Position numbers and translations under genes: made by a program | DNA from: Mobula birostris | Lineage: Eukaryota | Assembly (NCBI RefSeq): GCF_030028105.1 | Contig: NC_092379.1 | Coordinates: forward strand, 23,739,821 to 23,803,820 | Direction: 5' to 3' | Length of the DNA: 64,000 bases | Notes under the pieces: generated by a model | Databases searched by the model: none | What the model was told of the DNA's origin: nothing | Seen by the model: the letters and a program-made list of their open reading frames with translations, nothing else | In this document: piece by piece, positions 13,119-24,110 of the stretch | Layout: every line of letters starts with the position of its first letter | Numbering within the stretch: the stretch's first letter is position 1

Positions 13119-14395
13119 TTGTCAGGACATGGCTTTGTGCGTGGTAGGTCAGGTTTGACCAATCTATTGGAGTTTTTCGAGGAGGTTACCAAGAAAGTGG
13201 ATGAAGGGAAGGCAGTGGATGTTGTCTACATGAAATTCTGTAAGGCATTTGACAAGGTCCCGGATGGGAGGTTAGTTAGGAAAATTCAGTCGCTAGGTAT
13301 ACATGGAGAGGTAGTAACTTGGATTAGACATTGGCTCAATGGAAGAAGCCAGAGAGTGGTGGTAGAGAATTGCTTCTCAGAGTGGAGACCTGTGACTAGT
13401 GGTGTGCCACAGGGATCAGTGCTGGGTCCATTGTTATTTGCTATCTATATCAATGATCTGGATGATAATGTGGTAAATTGGATCGGTAAATTTGCTGATG
13501 ATACAAAGATAGGAGGTATAATGCACAGTAAAGAAGGTTTTCAAAGCTTGCCGAGGGATTTGGACCAGCTGGAACAATGCAGATGGGGTTTAATACAGAC
13601 AAGTGTGAGGTATCGCACTTTGGAAGGACAAACCAAGGTAGAACATACAGGGTAAATGGTAAGGCACTGAGGAGTGCAGTAGAACAGAGGGATTTGGGAA
13701 TTCAGATACAAAATTCCCTAAAAGTGGCGTCACAGGTAGATAGGATCGTAAAGAGAGCTTTTGGTACATTGGCCTTTATTAATCAAAGTATTGAGTACAA
13801 GAGCTGTAATGTTATCATGAGGTTGTATACGGCATTGGTGAGGCCGAATCTGGAGTATTGTGTTCAGTTTTGGTCACCAAATTACCGGAAGAATATTAAT
13901 AAGGTTGAAAGAGTGCAGAGAATGTTTACAAGGATGTTGCCGGGACTTGAGAAACTCAGTTACAGAGAAAAGTTGAATAGGTTAGGACTTTATCCCCTGG
14001 AGCGTAGAAGAATAAGGGGAGATTTGATAGAGGTATATAAAATTATGATGGGTATAGATAGAATGAATGCAAGAAGGCTTTTTCCACTGAGGCAAGGGGA
14101 GAAAAAAAAAAACAGAGGACATGGGTTAAGGGAAAATTTTAAAGGGTAAATTAGTGGGGGCTTTTTCACACAGATAATAGTGGGAGTGTGGAATGAGCTG
14201 CCAGACGAGGTGGTAAATACGGGTTCTTTTTAACGTTTAAGAAAATTTGGACAGATATATGGATGGGAGGTGTATGGAGGGATAGGGCCTTGTGCAGGTC
14301 AATGGGGCTAAGCAGAAAATGGTTCGGTACAGCCAAGAAGGACCAAAAGGCCTGTTTCTGTGCTGTAGTTTTTCTATGGTTTCTATGGTTTCTAT
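13119..14395 (+). mobile_element. Relatively young 5'-truncated CR1 LINE (RT domain to 3' tail)
   Basis: ORFs 13119..13655 ([22 protein letters not shown]...KFADDTKIGG) and 13577..14149 join by a frameshift; tail of TTTCTATGG repeats at 14370-14395. Confidence 0.95.
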
Positions 14396-15179
14396 TGTCA
14401 GGTCATTGGCTTGTGTAATGCGTTGGTTAATGGTAAACTGGTGGGATATATTTGTCGGGGAGGCTGATCCACATAGGATAAGATAGTAGGACCTGCTCAG
14501 CCAAACGTAGCGCCGGAGAGCGATACAGCATGGAAACTGGTCCTTCGGTCCACATAATTTACATCAACAAGTAACCATGCATTTACATCCATTAATTCCA
14601 TTGTTATATTTTCCCCACATCATCGTCAGATCCCCCTCTCTTGGATTCAACTACTCGCCTAAGAAGGGCAATTTACTTCAGCTAATTAACCTTCCTTGGA
14701 AGTGGGAAGAGATTGGAACACTATTAAGAGAACCCTGTGGTCACAGGGAGAACGTGTAACCTCCGCGGAGACAGCACTAAGATCAAGATCGAAGCAAGAT
14801 CTTCGGGGTGAGAGGTTCCATTGGTTAGAATTCGCCCATAGTAGCGGTAGGGTAAAAAAGCCAACGTGATGTGTCGAATATGAGAACTGCTGGAAAAACT
14901 CAGCAGATCGGGCAACGTCTATGGAAGAGAAACAATTAAAGTTGTTAAACTGGGGATATGGAATACATAAGAGATCTAGATGCTGGAACTTGGAGTAACA
15001 AACAAGCTGCAGGAGGACCAGAGCGGGTTGAAGAACACCTGTGGGAGAGGGGAATTGTTCGATGCACTCAAAACTGGGAGTAAGCGGGATGAGACAGAAC
15101 TATCAGAATATAAGGCAAGCATAACAGGTTTAGAGAACCTTGCTTTTCGAAGGGTATTGAGGTCCTGATTAAGAAAAAG

Positions 15180-16460
15180 TTGGAGGTGCATAAAAGGTAT
15201 AGGCAGAAAGGAGCAAATGTCGTGCTCGAAGAGTATAAGAAATACAAGAGAAGAACAGAAAGAAATCAGGAGGGCTAAAAGAAGGCATGATGTTTCTCTG
15301 GCAGACAATTTCAATGAGCACGGGCTCCTGCAGATATACTAAGAACTAAAGGACAGTAAGGGACAAAACTGGAAGATCAGAGTGGTCATCTATGCATGGA
15401 GCCCAAAGTTATGGGGGCGATCTTAAATTGACATTTTGCATCTGTATTTAATTTGGAAACCGATAGACAGTCTGTAGAATTGAGGCAAAACAACTGTGGA
15501 TGCCGTATATATGTTCAGAAAGACCTTTGAAAATGTCCCGTAAATGAGGTTGGTCAATAAGGTTCATTTAAGCTGAAGTAGTAAAGTGCTTCAGACATTG
15601 GCTTCGAGGAAGAAGCCAGAGAGTGATCGTCGATAGTTTTCTTTATGACTGGAGCCCCGCGAATAGTGGTGTACAGCAGGTATCTGTGCACGGCAGTTGC
15701 TGTTTGTCAACAGTCAAAGATCGAGACAATAATGTAAAATGGATTAGAAAATATGGGGATGGCACCAGAATGGGGTATGGTGGACAGTGAGGAAGAATGT
15801 CAAAGCTCGCAGGAGTATATGGACCATCTCGAATATGGACTGAACTATGGTTTTGAACTGCGTGTGTGCACTTTGGGACGGTAAAGCAAGGCAGGACTTG
15901 CTCAGCGAACGGCAGGACTCTGAAAAGCGCAGTAGAACAGAGGGATATTGGAATACAGATCCAAAATTCTTCGGAAGTGGTCTCACAGTTAGACAGGGTG
16001 GTAAATACAGCCTTTGGCACATTGGGCTTCGTAAATCAAAGAATTGGGTGCACGAGTGGTGCTGTTATGTTGAAGTGCTATAAGACGTTAGTGAGGCCCA
16101 ATTTGTAGTATTATATGCAATTTTGGTCACATTCCGATAGGGAAAGCCGTTAATAGGATTGAAAGAGTGCACAGAAAAGTTGCAAGGGTGTTGCCAAAAA
16201 CCGAGTTAGAGAGATGTAGGTTGCGTAACTTTAAGCAGGCTTTCTCTACTGCGATCGGACAACACTACAGTTCATGAGTTAGGGGTAAAAGGTCAAACGT
16301 TCAGGAGAGCTTGACTCAGAGGTGCTGAAAATGACGAAGCAGCTGTCAGCAGAAGTGATAGATGCGGGATCGATTTTGAACATTTTAGAGAAATCTGTGT
16401 GGGTACATGGATAGGATGTTTATGGAGGCCTATGGTCCCTGTGCACGTCGATGGACTAGG
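15180..16460 (+). mobile_element. Degenerate CR1 LINE ORF2 fragments
   Basis: ORF 15866..16108 (KSAVEQRDIGIQIQNS...YKTLVRPNL) is homologous to the 13.1-14.4 kb copy; many stops and frameshifts. Confidence 0.75.
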
Positions 16461-17149
16461 CAGATTGGCAAACAAGTGAAAATCCGCCGATGCTGGAAAT
16501 CAATGCAACACACACAAAATGCTGAAGTAACTCAGAAGACCAGGAAGGGTCTATGGAAAAGAGTAAACAGTCGACATTTCGGGCCAGGTGAAGGGTCTCC
16601 GCCTGAAAACTCGACTGTCCTGCTGAGTTCCTCCAACATTTTGTGTGCGTAGGCAGATTAATAATAGATGAAAAGAGTCAGAAAATGCAGGTAGAGTCAG
16701 GAAGGGAGAGTGGAAGGAGAAAGTAGAAGGTGTTAAGCTGGAACGCAAAAGGTAACAGTTCTGGAATGTGGTAATTAACGAAGGCATTCCCATCAGTCAT
16801 TAAAGGAGAGATGAAACCAGTGCTAGACGGAGAAGAAGAAAAGTGAGACGGCGGTGACCTGTGATGTTGATACATGGACGGAACGAGTAAGAGACGGAGA
16901 GCTTCTAGACATAAGGAACGATGTCAGTTCATTGGAAAGTCTAGGGAATAAAAGGTGTATGAAATGAACCGAGTTTAGTTAGAGAATTCGCTGTCTTCAG
17001 AGTGTAGAAAAAGTTAAGTGGTGGTTTCATATCAAAATGCATAGAGTTCAATGGAAAAGGCAACTCATTGCCATTGAAAGTGCAGAACAGACTGAACAGC
17101 ATTCAACAAGTGCTCAAAGTGCGTCATATAATTGGCATTCCCACTACTT

Positions 17150-18297
17150 ATGTAGCGTACTTGTAGCGTTCCACATGGTAGGCTTATTCAGAAAGTCAGA
17201 AGGCATGGGATCCAGGGAAGTTTGGCCAGGTGGATTCAGAATTGGCTTGCCTGCAGAAGGCAGAGGATCGTGGTGGGGGGAGTACATTCAGATTGGAGGA
17301 TTGTGACTAGAGGTGTCCCACAAGGATCTGTTCTGGGACCTCTACATTTCGTGATTCTTATTAACGACCTCAATGTTGGGGTATAAGGGTGGGTTGGTAA
17401 GTTTGCAGACGACACAAAGGTTAGTGGTGTTGTAGGTAGTGTAGAGGATTGTCAAAGGCGGCAGAGAGACATTGATAGGATGCAGAAGTGGACTGAGAAG
17501 TGGCAAATGGAGTTCAACCTGGAGAAGTGTGAGGTGGTGAACTTTGTAAGGACAAACTCCAAGGCAGAGTACAATGTAAATGGCAGGATACTTGGTAGTG
17601 TGGAGGAGCAGAGGGATCTGTGGGTACATGTCCACAGATCCCTGAAAGTTGCCTCACAGGTGGATAGGGTAGTTAAGAAAGCTTATGGGGTGTTAGCATT
17701 CATAAGTCGAAGGATAGAGTTTAAGAGTCGCGATGTAATGATGGAGCTCTATAAAACTCCGGTTAGGCCACACTCGGAGTACTGTGGCTAGTTCTGGTCG
17801 CCTCATTATAGGAAGGATGTGGAAGCATTGGAAAGGGTACAGAGGAGATTTACCAGGATGCTGCCTGGTTTAGAGAGTATGCATTATGATCAGAGATTAA
17901 GGGATCTGAGGCTTTACTCTTTGGAGAGAAGGAGGATGAGAGGAGACATGACAGAGGTGTACAAGATAATAAGAGGAATAGATAGAGTGGATAGCCAGCG
18001 CCTCTTCCCCAGGGCACCACTGCTCAATACAAGAGGACATGGCTTTAAGGTAAGGGGTGGAAAGTTCAATCGGGGATATTAGAGGAAGGCTTTTTACTCA
18101 GACAGTGGTTGGTGCGTGGAATGCACTGCCTGAGTCAGTGGTGGAGGCAGATACACTAGTGAAGTTTGAGAGACTACTAGACAGGGGTATATGGAGGAAT
18201 TTAAGGTGGAGGCTCATATGGGAGTCAGGGTTTGAGGGTCGGCACAACATTGTGGGCCGATGGGCCTGTACTGTGCTGTACTATTCTATGTTCTATT
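17150..18297 (+). mobile_element. 5'-truncated CR1 LINE
   Basis: GTGTCCCACAAGGATCTGTTCTGGGACC and FADDTK segment, ORFs 17480..17791 and 17819..18082; TTCTA/TTCTATG tail. Confidence 0.92.
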
Positions 18298-18628
18298 TGT
18301 AGTGCGTACATCATTCATAGAATGGACTGCTATAAGTCCTCTCCATCAGACTCCCCATAACGTGCACCGTCCATCTCCCCGGAAGGCAGCCTCAACATGC
18401 GTACGAGGAGACCATCAATCCCAAGTACTCTGTCAAGCTACTCACCATCCCGATTGAAGCATATCTTTGATACGTCACCGTGGTTGGGTCAATATTCTGC
18501 AACCCCCCGCCCTATCCTGTAAAACTGGGACTGAGAACGCCGTTAGCGTCACCCTCATCATCCCATTAAGAGATCAGCATCCAACATTTCCAAGGGCTCC
18601 AACATGTCTCAATGTGTTGGAAGTATTA

Positions 18629-18656
18629 CACAGTTCCCACGTCAATGACATTAATT
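18629..18656 (+). promoter_or_regulatory. Isolated 12-spacer RSS-like motif downstream of C-delta
   Basis: CACAGTT-12 nt-ACATTAATT; same orientation as the J-segment RSSs; nonamer resembles the ACATTAACY nonamers of the D 23-RSSs. No FGxG J coding flank. Confidence 0.3.
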
Positions 18657-18715
18657 CAGTTCAGTCCATTTTGAATAGAGATAAATGGAAATCAGGAATC
18701 ATTAAAGATAGCATA

Positions 18716-19815
18716 TTTATTCATAATCGCAAATAAAAGAACAGAGAACATATTATTACTGGACGCAGTCACTCAAAATATTGGAAGCACTCCTTTTTCC
18801 CTGAACAAAACGTTAAATACATATTTGATTTTCAGCTGTGTTGACGGTAAAAATAAAAGAGACAGGCAATATATTGACGGAGCTAATTCCTTAGAAAAAA
18901 TTCTAAGCATTTACAAAATCAGAAATTGTTGTTCGGCATCCAGCAATTCGTTTAATTAGATAGAACGGCAGCATAGAAAGGAAATACGAGTGATTGCATA
19001 GATACGTTGAATGACATCACATTTCCCGCCTGATGTGTAACCCTAATTATGCTCATTCTTTGTCTGGTTGACGTAAGGAAAGGTTGAATGGCCTAATTCT
19101 ACCCTTACGTCTAATGATCTTCTTGGAAATATCCCATTTTCTAGCCATCGTACAGGTAGCACAAGGCAAACCCTTTAAAGCTCCTGCAAATAACAATATC
19201 GCGATAATTTGTCCATACTTTCACTGCAATTCAGTGAAGAGTTTAATATTTAGCCTGATTTCTAAGGCAATGAGAGAAAGACATGTAGGACAATGCCAAA
19301 GGTGGGCTTGGTGGGATGGGAGTGGAAGATGAGCTTTAAGTGACCAGCAATTTCAAAACTCTGCTGCGGCCGAATTGAATGAAAGAGCATCCTTTGATCT
19401 ATACGTTTCTATAACAATAATAAACAACATATAACTTGAAATATGAATGCACTGAGTCTAAAATACAAATGGCAACCCAGTTTCGTCTAGGAAAGAAAAA
19501 AGGCATGTTCATCTATGGTGCTTACGCGAGCATTTAATTTTCTTTGGTGAATATTTGACATAAGGCATTCAAGAAATAATACAAAGCTACTCCATCACTG
19601 CACTGCATAGAAATTAGACAGAGATATCACTTAGACGCTTTGGATAATATTGGATCAGTTATTTCAATATGCACATGCACGTGGCAAAGGGACAGTGTTC
19701 TGATGTGAAGTGTCCGGCACGGGGCTCCCAGCGGTTTGTGTCGAAGCACCAATCCATTCCAGCGGAAATAATTCTTATTTGAAATTTAAAAAAAAAACAA
19801 CACTGGCGCCGATAA
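18716..19815 (-). other. TRDC: Probable non-coding last exon (3' UTR) of TCR delta constant gene
   Basis: Strong acceptor tatcctttctctctttcccctctag|T at 19815 follows the TM exon, which has a donor just after its stop codon; AATAAA on the minus strand at 18716-18721. Exon extent inferred. Confidence 0.5.
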
Positions 19816-20149
19816 CTAGAGGGGAAAGAGAGAAAGGATACAGCAAATTAAAAAAAAAGTTTAATTTCAACAATACAATAATTCTCCTCTTTATCTTGTT
19901 TAGTACCTTGGATTCCCAAGTGTCTAGTGTCCGGAAGGACAGTTTAGAAATCGCAATATTTGGGATCAAAAATGGCCATGAGCGTCTCTCGAGATTTCAA
20001 CGCCATTCCAGGAAAGAAAGGAAGGACAGGGAACCCCAAATCTACTTTGACATGCTTTGCAGCCGCCCTTCAATTTTGCTGCCTGGCACATATACTCTGA
20101 CTTGTGCTCATTGATAATTCACAAGGCACGCAAAGAAATTCCGAGTGCA

Positions 20150-20480
20150 CGGAAATTAGCCTTTCAAACAATTCTGAGGTGATGCAATTTGGGAGGACAT
20201 ATCAGTGTAGGACTTACACAGTGAATGGTAAGGCACCAAGACGTGTGATAGTACAGAGGGATTGGGGAATACAAATTATAATTCCATGAAGGTGGCGTCA
20301 CATATGGACACTTTATGAAGACAGATTTTGGCACATTGGCCTTCAGAAATAAAAGTATTGTCTATAGAGTTGGAATGCCACGCTACAGATGTATACGACG
20401 TTAGCAGGTATCACTCAGAGTACTATATGCAGTTACGGTCATCTACTTATAGGAGCAACATTAATAAGATTGCAAGTACT
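20150..20480 (+). mobile_element. Degenerate CR1 LINE fragment in C-delta intron 3
   Basis: ORF 20104..20289 ends FGRTYQCRTYTVNGKAPRRVIVQRDWGIQI, homologous to CR1 ORF2 at 13.6 kb. Confidence 0.7.
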
Positions 20481-20836
20481 AAATGACATACCCGATTTTT
20501 ATCGTTGGTACCAATCTCTATAGCCAGGGAATCATCACTGCATCTAACCTTTGAAGCCTCATTATAATGTTTCACGTTTCAGTAAGACAACTCCACATAT
20601 CCCTTTTTTCTAGAGAAGGAGTCCACAGTCTACGGTACCTATTTTTACAGGACAAACCTGTCACACTTGAAGACATTTTGGTACTGCTTTCATAATCCTG
20701 CTTGAAAATGGGGTGGAGGTCACTTTGTTGGGTGCGGAACTGAAGCCTTCGCAAGCGTGATTTTTAAAGCATTGCCATATAAGATTTTCTGCAGGAAAAA
20801 GCCTCTGTTCTATGAATTTATGCCAGGCAGCCTTAC

Positions 20837-20947
20837 CTTAAATGATCCAAGCTCTGGCCGTCATCATGACATTGAAGGCAACGCTCTTCAAAAAGAGAAT
20901 TCGCAATCCAATCACCGTCAAGGACCTAGAATTCTCTTCCGGTACAT
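20837..20947 (-). CDS. TRDC: TCR delta constant gene exon 3 (transmembrane/cytoplasmic)
   Basis: Acceptor ttttag|AT, phase 1; translates (D)VPEENSRSLTVIGLRILFLKSVAFNVMMTARAWII*, with the two basic TM residues (R, K) of TCR alpha/delta chains and close resemblance to human TRDC SLTVLGLRMLFAK; stop 20840-20838, then G|gtaagg donor. Confidence 0.95.
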
Positions 20948-22109
20948 CTAAAATGATTTTCAAAATAAATCATCAATTGAGCTGAATTTCATTTTTGTGT
21001 TGTGACCTCAATCATTTTCCTGTAGCTTAAGGGGATATTTTGCTGTATTTCTGTTCCCAGTTCACATAATTATGCCGGTAAAACTGTAAGATGATTTCTT
21101 TATGCATTAACTTAATTACACAACTGCCTACATGTCGGTCTTTCTATAGACTATCATTGCCACCTATCCATATGTCTGTCCATCTCCAAAGATTGATCTC
21201 CCTTCCCCACTGTGTGATCCTGCCTCGGTGTTAAGACTATAACTCTACATAAGTAATCATATATCTGTACTATTGGACATTCTAGCTGTATCTGCCTGCT
21301 TGACTCTCCCCCCTCTCTTTCTCTATGTATCGTTCTGAATTATTCTGTATATCTATATATTGATTGCAAGCTAGGTACAAACGTTGCCCCTCTGATTCTG
21401 AATGAACTATTGCGTGCTTATATGTGAGTCCTATTAACTAATTATGCTACTTACTTATAGTCCGAACATTCATCTGTCTCTCTCTCTATATATATAGGTA
21501 TGTATGTACAGTATTGTGCAAAAGTCTCAGGCACACATATGTAGCTAGGATGCCCAATGCTTTTCTACAGTACTCTATGTGTTAACATGGACCGGAGAGC
21601 AAGTTTGTAAATCTAGCAGGAGAAAAGAATGTTGGCAGTAGCGAAGGTGGAGGACAGCGTGGGGGGGGGGGGGAATGTTGGGCAGGTGGCAGAGAAAGTG
21701 TGCCGGTGCCGGGAAGGGGGCACGGCCTCAGACACACCCAGCCTTGCGTCACCAGGCAAGGTCAATTGAATGCAAACCGTTGATCTTACACAAAATCTTT
21801 CTGGTGCTTTCTTCTGTCGTCTCCTCCCCGCCATTTCCCCCCTGTCCACAATAAAGATCTATATCAGAATTTGATTCACAATTAGTCACGCATGTTTTTT
21901 TTTTTGTTGCAGCACATGAACAGTCCAATACATACAATGAATACAGTGCTATTCAAGAGTTTCAGGGAACCCAGCTATATATATGTGCCTAAGACTTTTG
22001 GCGACTGCTGAAAGTATGTATGTATAGCCACCCCATTCCTGTGTACCCCAGCGTATTATCTATCTAGCTTTGTGACTATCTGTTGATCATCTATCGCTCT
22101 GATTACCAC

Positions 22110-22157
22110 CTTTCGTCGTACTGTTGCCTGTCCATGTTTGGCATGGTTTTTCCTTCA
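22110..22157 (-). CDS. TRDC: TCR delta constant gene exon 2 (connecting peptide)
   Basis: Acceptor gtttctcttttttttctttccag|TG; phase 1/1; translates (V)KEKPCQTWTGNSTTK with the interchain Cys; donor AAAG|gtggta (alternative in-phase donor at 22107). Confidence 0.88.
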
Positions 22158-22703
22158 CTGGAAAGAAAAAAAAGAGAAACATGAATTATTAATCGCGACT
22201 TTGACTTCTTATTCATTACTGCCATTACCAGTGCCATTCCTACTCGAATGGCTGCGACTTCACTTAAGCATGAATAGTCTTACCAATGTTCTGATTATTT
22301 TGCTTTCATTAAGTTCAATTAGTTTTGACTGAGAGTGCTGTGGCTCTTTTGCCGCACATTAGTGAACGAGTTAATGCTCCGCTTTTACAACAGGCTGCCT
22401 GCACATTCCATATTTAACGCACAAATACCGAAGGAGCACTTCTCTTACAGAAGGGTTTGCAGTGTGAGAAGTCAATCTACGTCCCAATCTACTTCCTTGC
22501 AACATTTAGTGCAACAATGATGTACTGGCCAAATGATTTTCATTCTAAAAATCTTTACTGCTCCCGATTACACTGCTGCTTGTGGTCTCGGGTTGTACAC
22601 AGGTTACGTGCCTGGTTACCCTGCAAAGGATGCTTTTTTAGCATCAGCAATACTTCTTTAATTGCAAAATCCAATTCTTTTTCACATAATGTATAACACT
22701 CAC

Positions 22704-23018
22704 CTCGTGCAGGTACATCGATGTGGTGCCATCTCTGGTTATCTGAATTACCAGGGATGGACTGACACGTGATGTTTGAGGGATCATCATTTCTAAGAGT
22801 CGGAAGGTAAGTGGAACTGCTGTAATATCCTTCATCTGTCACCACACTTGTATTGGTGGCTTCGGACTGTAAACCAGCAGAGATATTGACTGTAACGCTC
22901 TTGGGGAAAAACTTGGAGGCCAGGCACACTGCTGATGTTCCTTTTCCTGCGGTTTCCGGTGCCCAACTCACGGCCGGGTAAAGGAGTGATAATTTTGGTT
23001 GTTTGGCAGGTTTATTCT
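22704..23018 (-). CDS. TRDC: TCR delta constant gene exon 1 (Ig C1-type domain)
   Basis: Acceptor ttttag|AG and donor CGAG|gtgagt, 315 nt, phase 1/1; (E)NKPAKQPKLSLLYP...SAVCLASKFFPKSVTVNIS...GYYSSSTYL...NITCQS...VPAR; two canonical Cys, several N-glycosylation sequons. Delta rather than alpha is assigned from the upstream 12/23 D segments and the DKLIFG..TVEP J. Confidence 0.93.
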
Positions 23019-23749
23019 CTAAAATTCCAGAAAAAGAAATAAAAACCACAATCAGAGTCCACTCATGGCAGACTGTAGTGAAAATTACACCATGGTTTGT
23101 TAACCACTTGTAACATAGATACTGTAACACAGAAGTTGGTACCGGGACATTCGGCTCCTCAGTCTTCTCTGCCATTTATAGCCGATTATTTCAAATTCAG
23201 CATCCTGTCTTTGCTTTATTGTCCCTTCACTTGATTTATTTTTTTCGTTTTAGGTTTGTATGTGAAACTTCTTCAATATTAATTTGCGCCAAATTTATTG
23301 TGTTGTAGAAAATTTACAACACAATAAAACAGGTTTAGGTGAGGGAAGTTCTACTCTCTGTAGCCCTAAGTGGTGTTTGATCCCAAATTCTGGACTTATC
23401 TGAACTGAAAAAGTCGGTCTTGGAATTATACGTTCTTTTTGTTAGGATCCGGGGACATCTTTGGTCCTAGTGCCAGAGCAGATTATTATTATTTTTTTTA
23501 AAGGTAAAATCAGTTTCAATTGACCAAGATATAAGGGCCAGGCGATAGATAGTCATTTATTAAAAAAGAAAATCCAATTGTAATTTGAATAGTTTTGGAG
23601 CTTATAAGAGGAAGACACAATTTTATTGAACTTTACAATATCCCAGGGAACATGTTATCCGCATCCTGTCCCTCGCCAGGATTGTGTGAGTTCCAATGAA
23701 GTCCCCTCTCTTCCCTAACTGCAGTGAATGCCAACAATGGCAAGGCATA

Positions 23750-24110
23750 CATCTCTCTCTCTCTCTCTTTCACTGTCTCTCTCTCTCTTTCTTTCTCTCT
23801 CTGCCCCTCTCTACCTCTCTGTCCATGCCCCACTGCACCACAGACATAAACAGATATCTGTCTCTATCTATAGCTCTATTCATTTATCTGTCTACCTATT
23901 TATCTATCTCTCCCTCACTCTGTACGTAAGTTTGTCTTTCCCTCTTTCTGTCTTTATCTGTATCTTTATTTATCTATCTACCTATCTATCTATCTCTCCT
24001 ACACTCTGCATGTGTATGTTTATCCTACCCTCCCTTCTCCTTGCTTCCCCTCTCTCTATCTATCGATCTATTTCTATCTCTATATCTCTCCCTCTCTCTC
24101 TACCAAGAAG
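23750..24110. repeat. CT/CTAT low-complexity microsatellite
   Basis: Visible (CT)n and (CTAT)n arrays; source of SLSL-type ORFs. Confidence 0.9.

Noticed and set aside
21790-21850. Alternative candidate for the connecting-peptide exon
   Set aside because: Splice phases do not match exons 1 and 3; the 22110-22157 exon has a better acceptor, correct phases and the Cys.
22555-22703. Read-through of the C-delta exon 1 donor giving a 49-aa Cys-containing tail (possible secreted TCR form)
   Set aside because: The donor GTGAGT is strong, and I saw no AATAAA/ATTAAA between this stop and exon 2; no support without transcript data.
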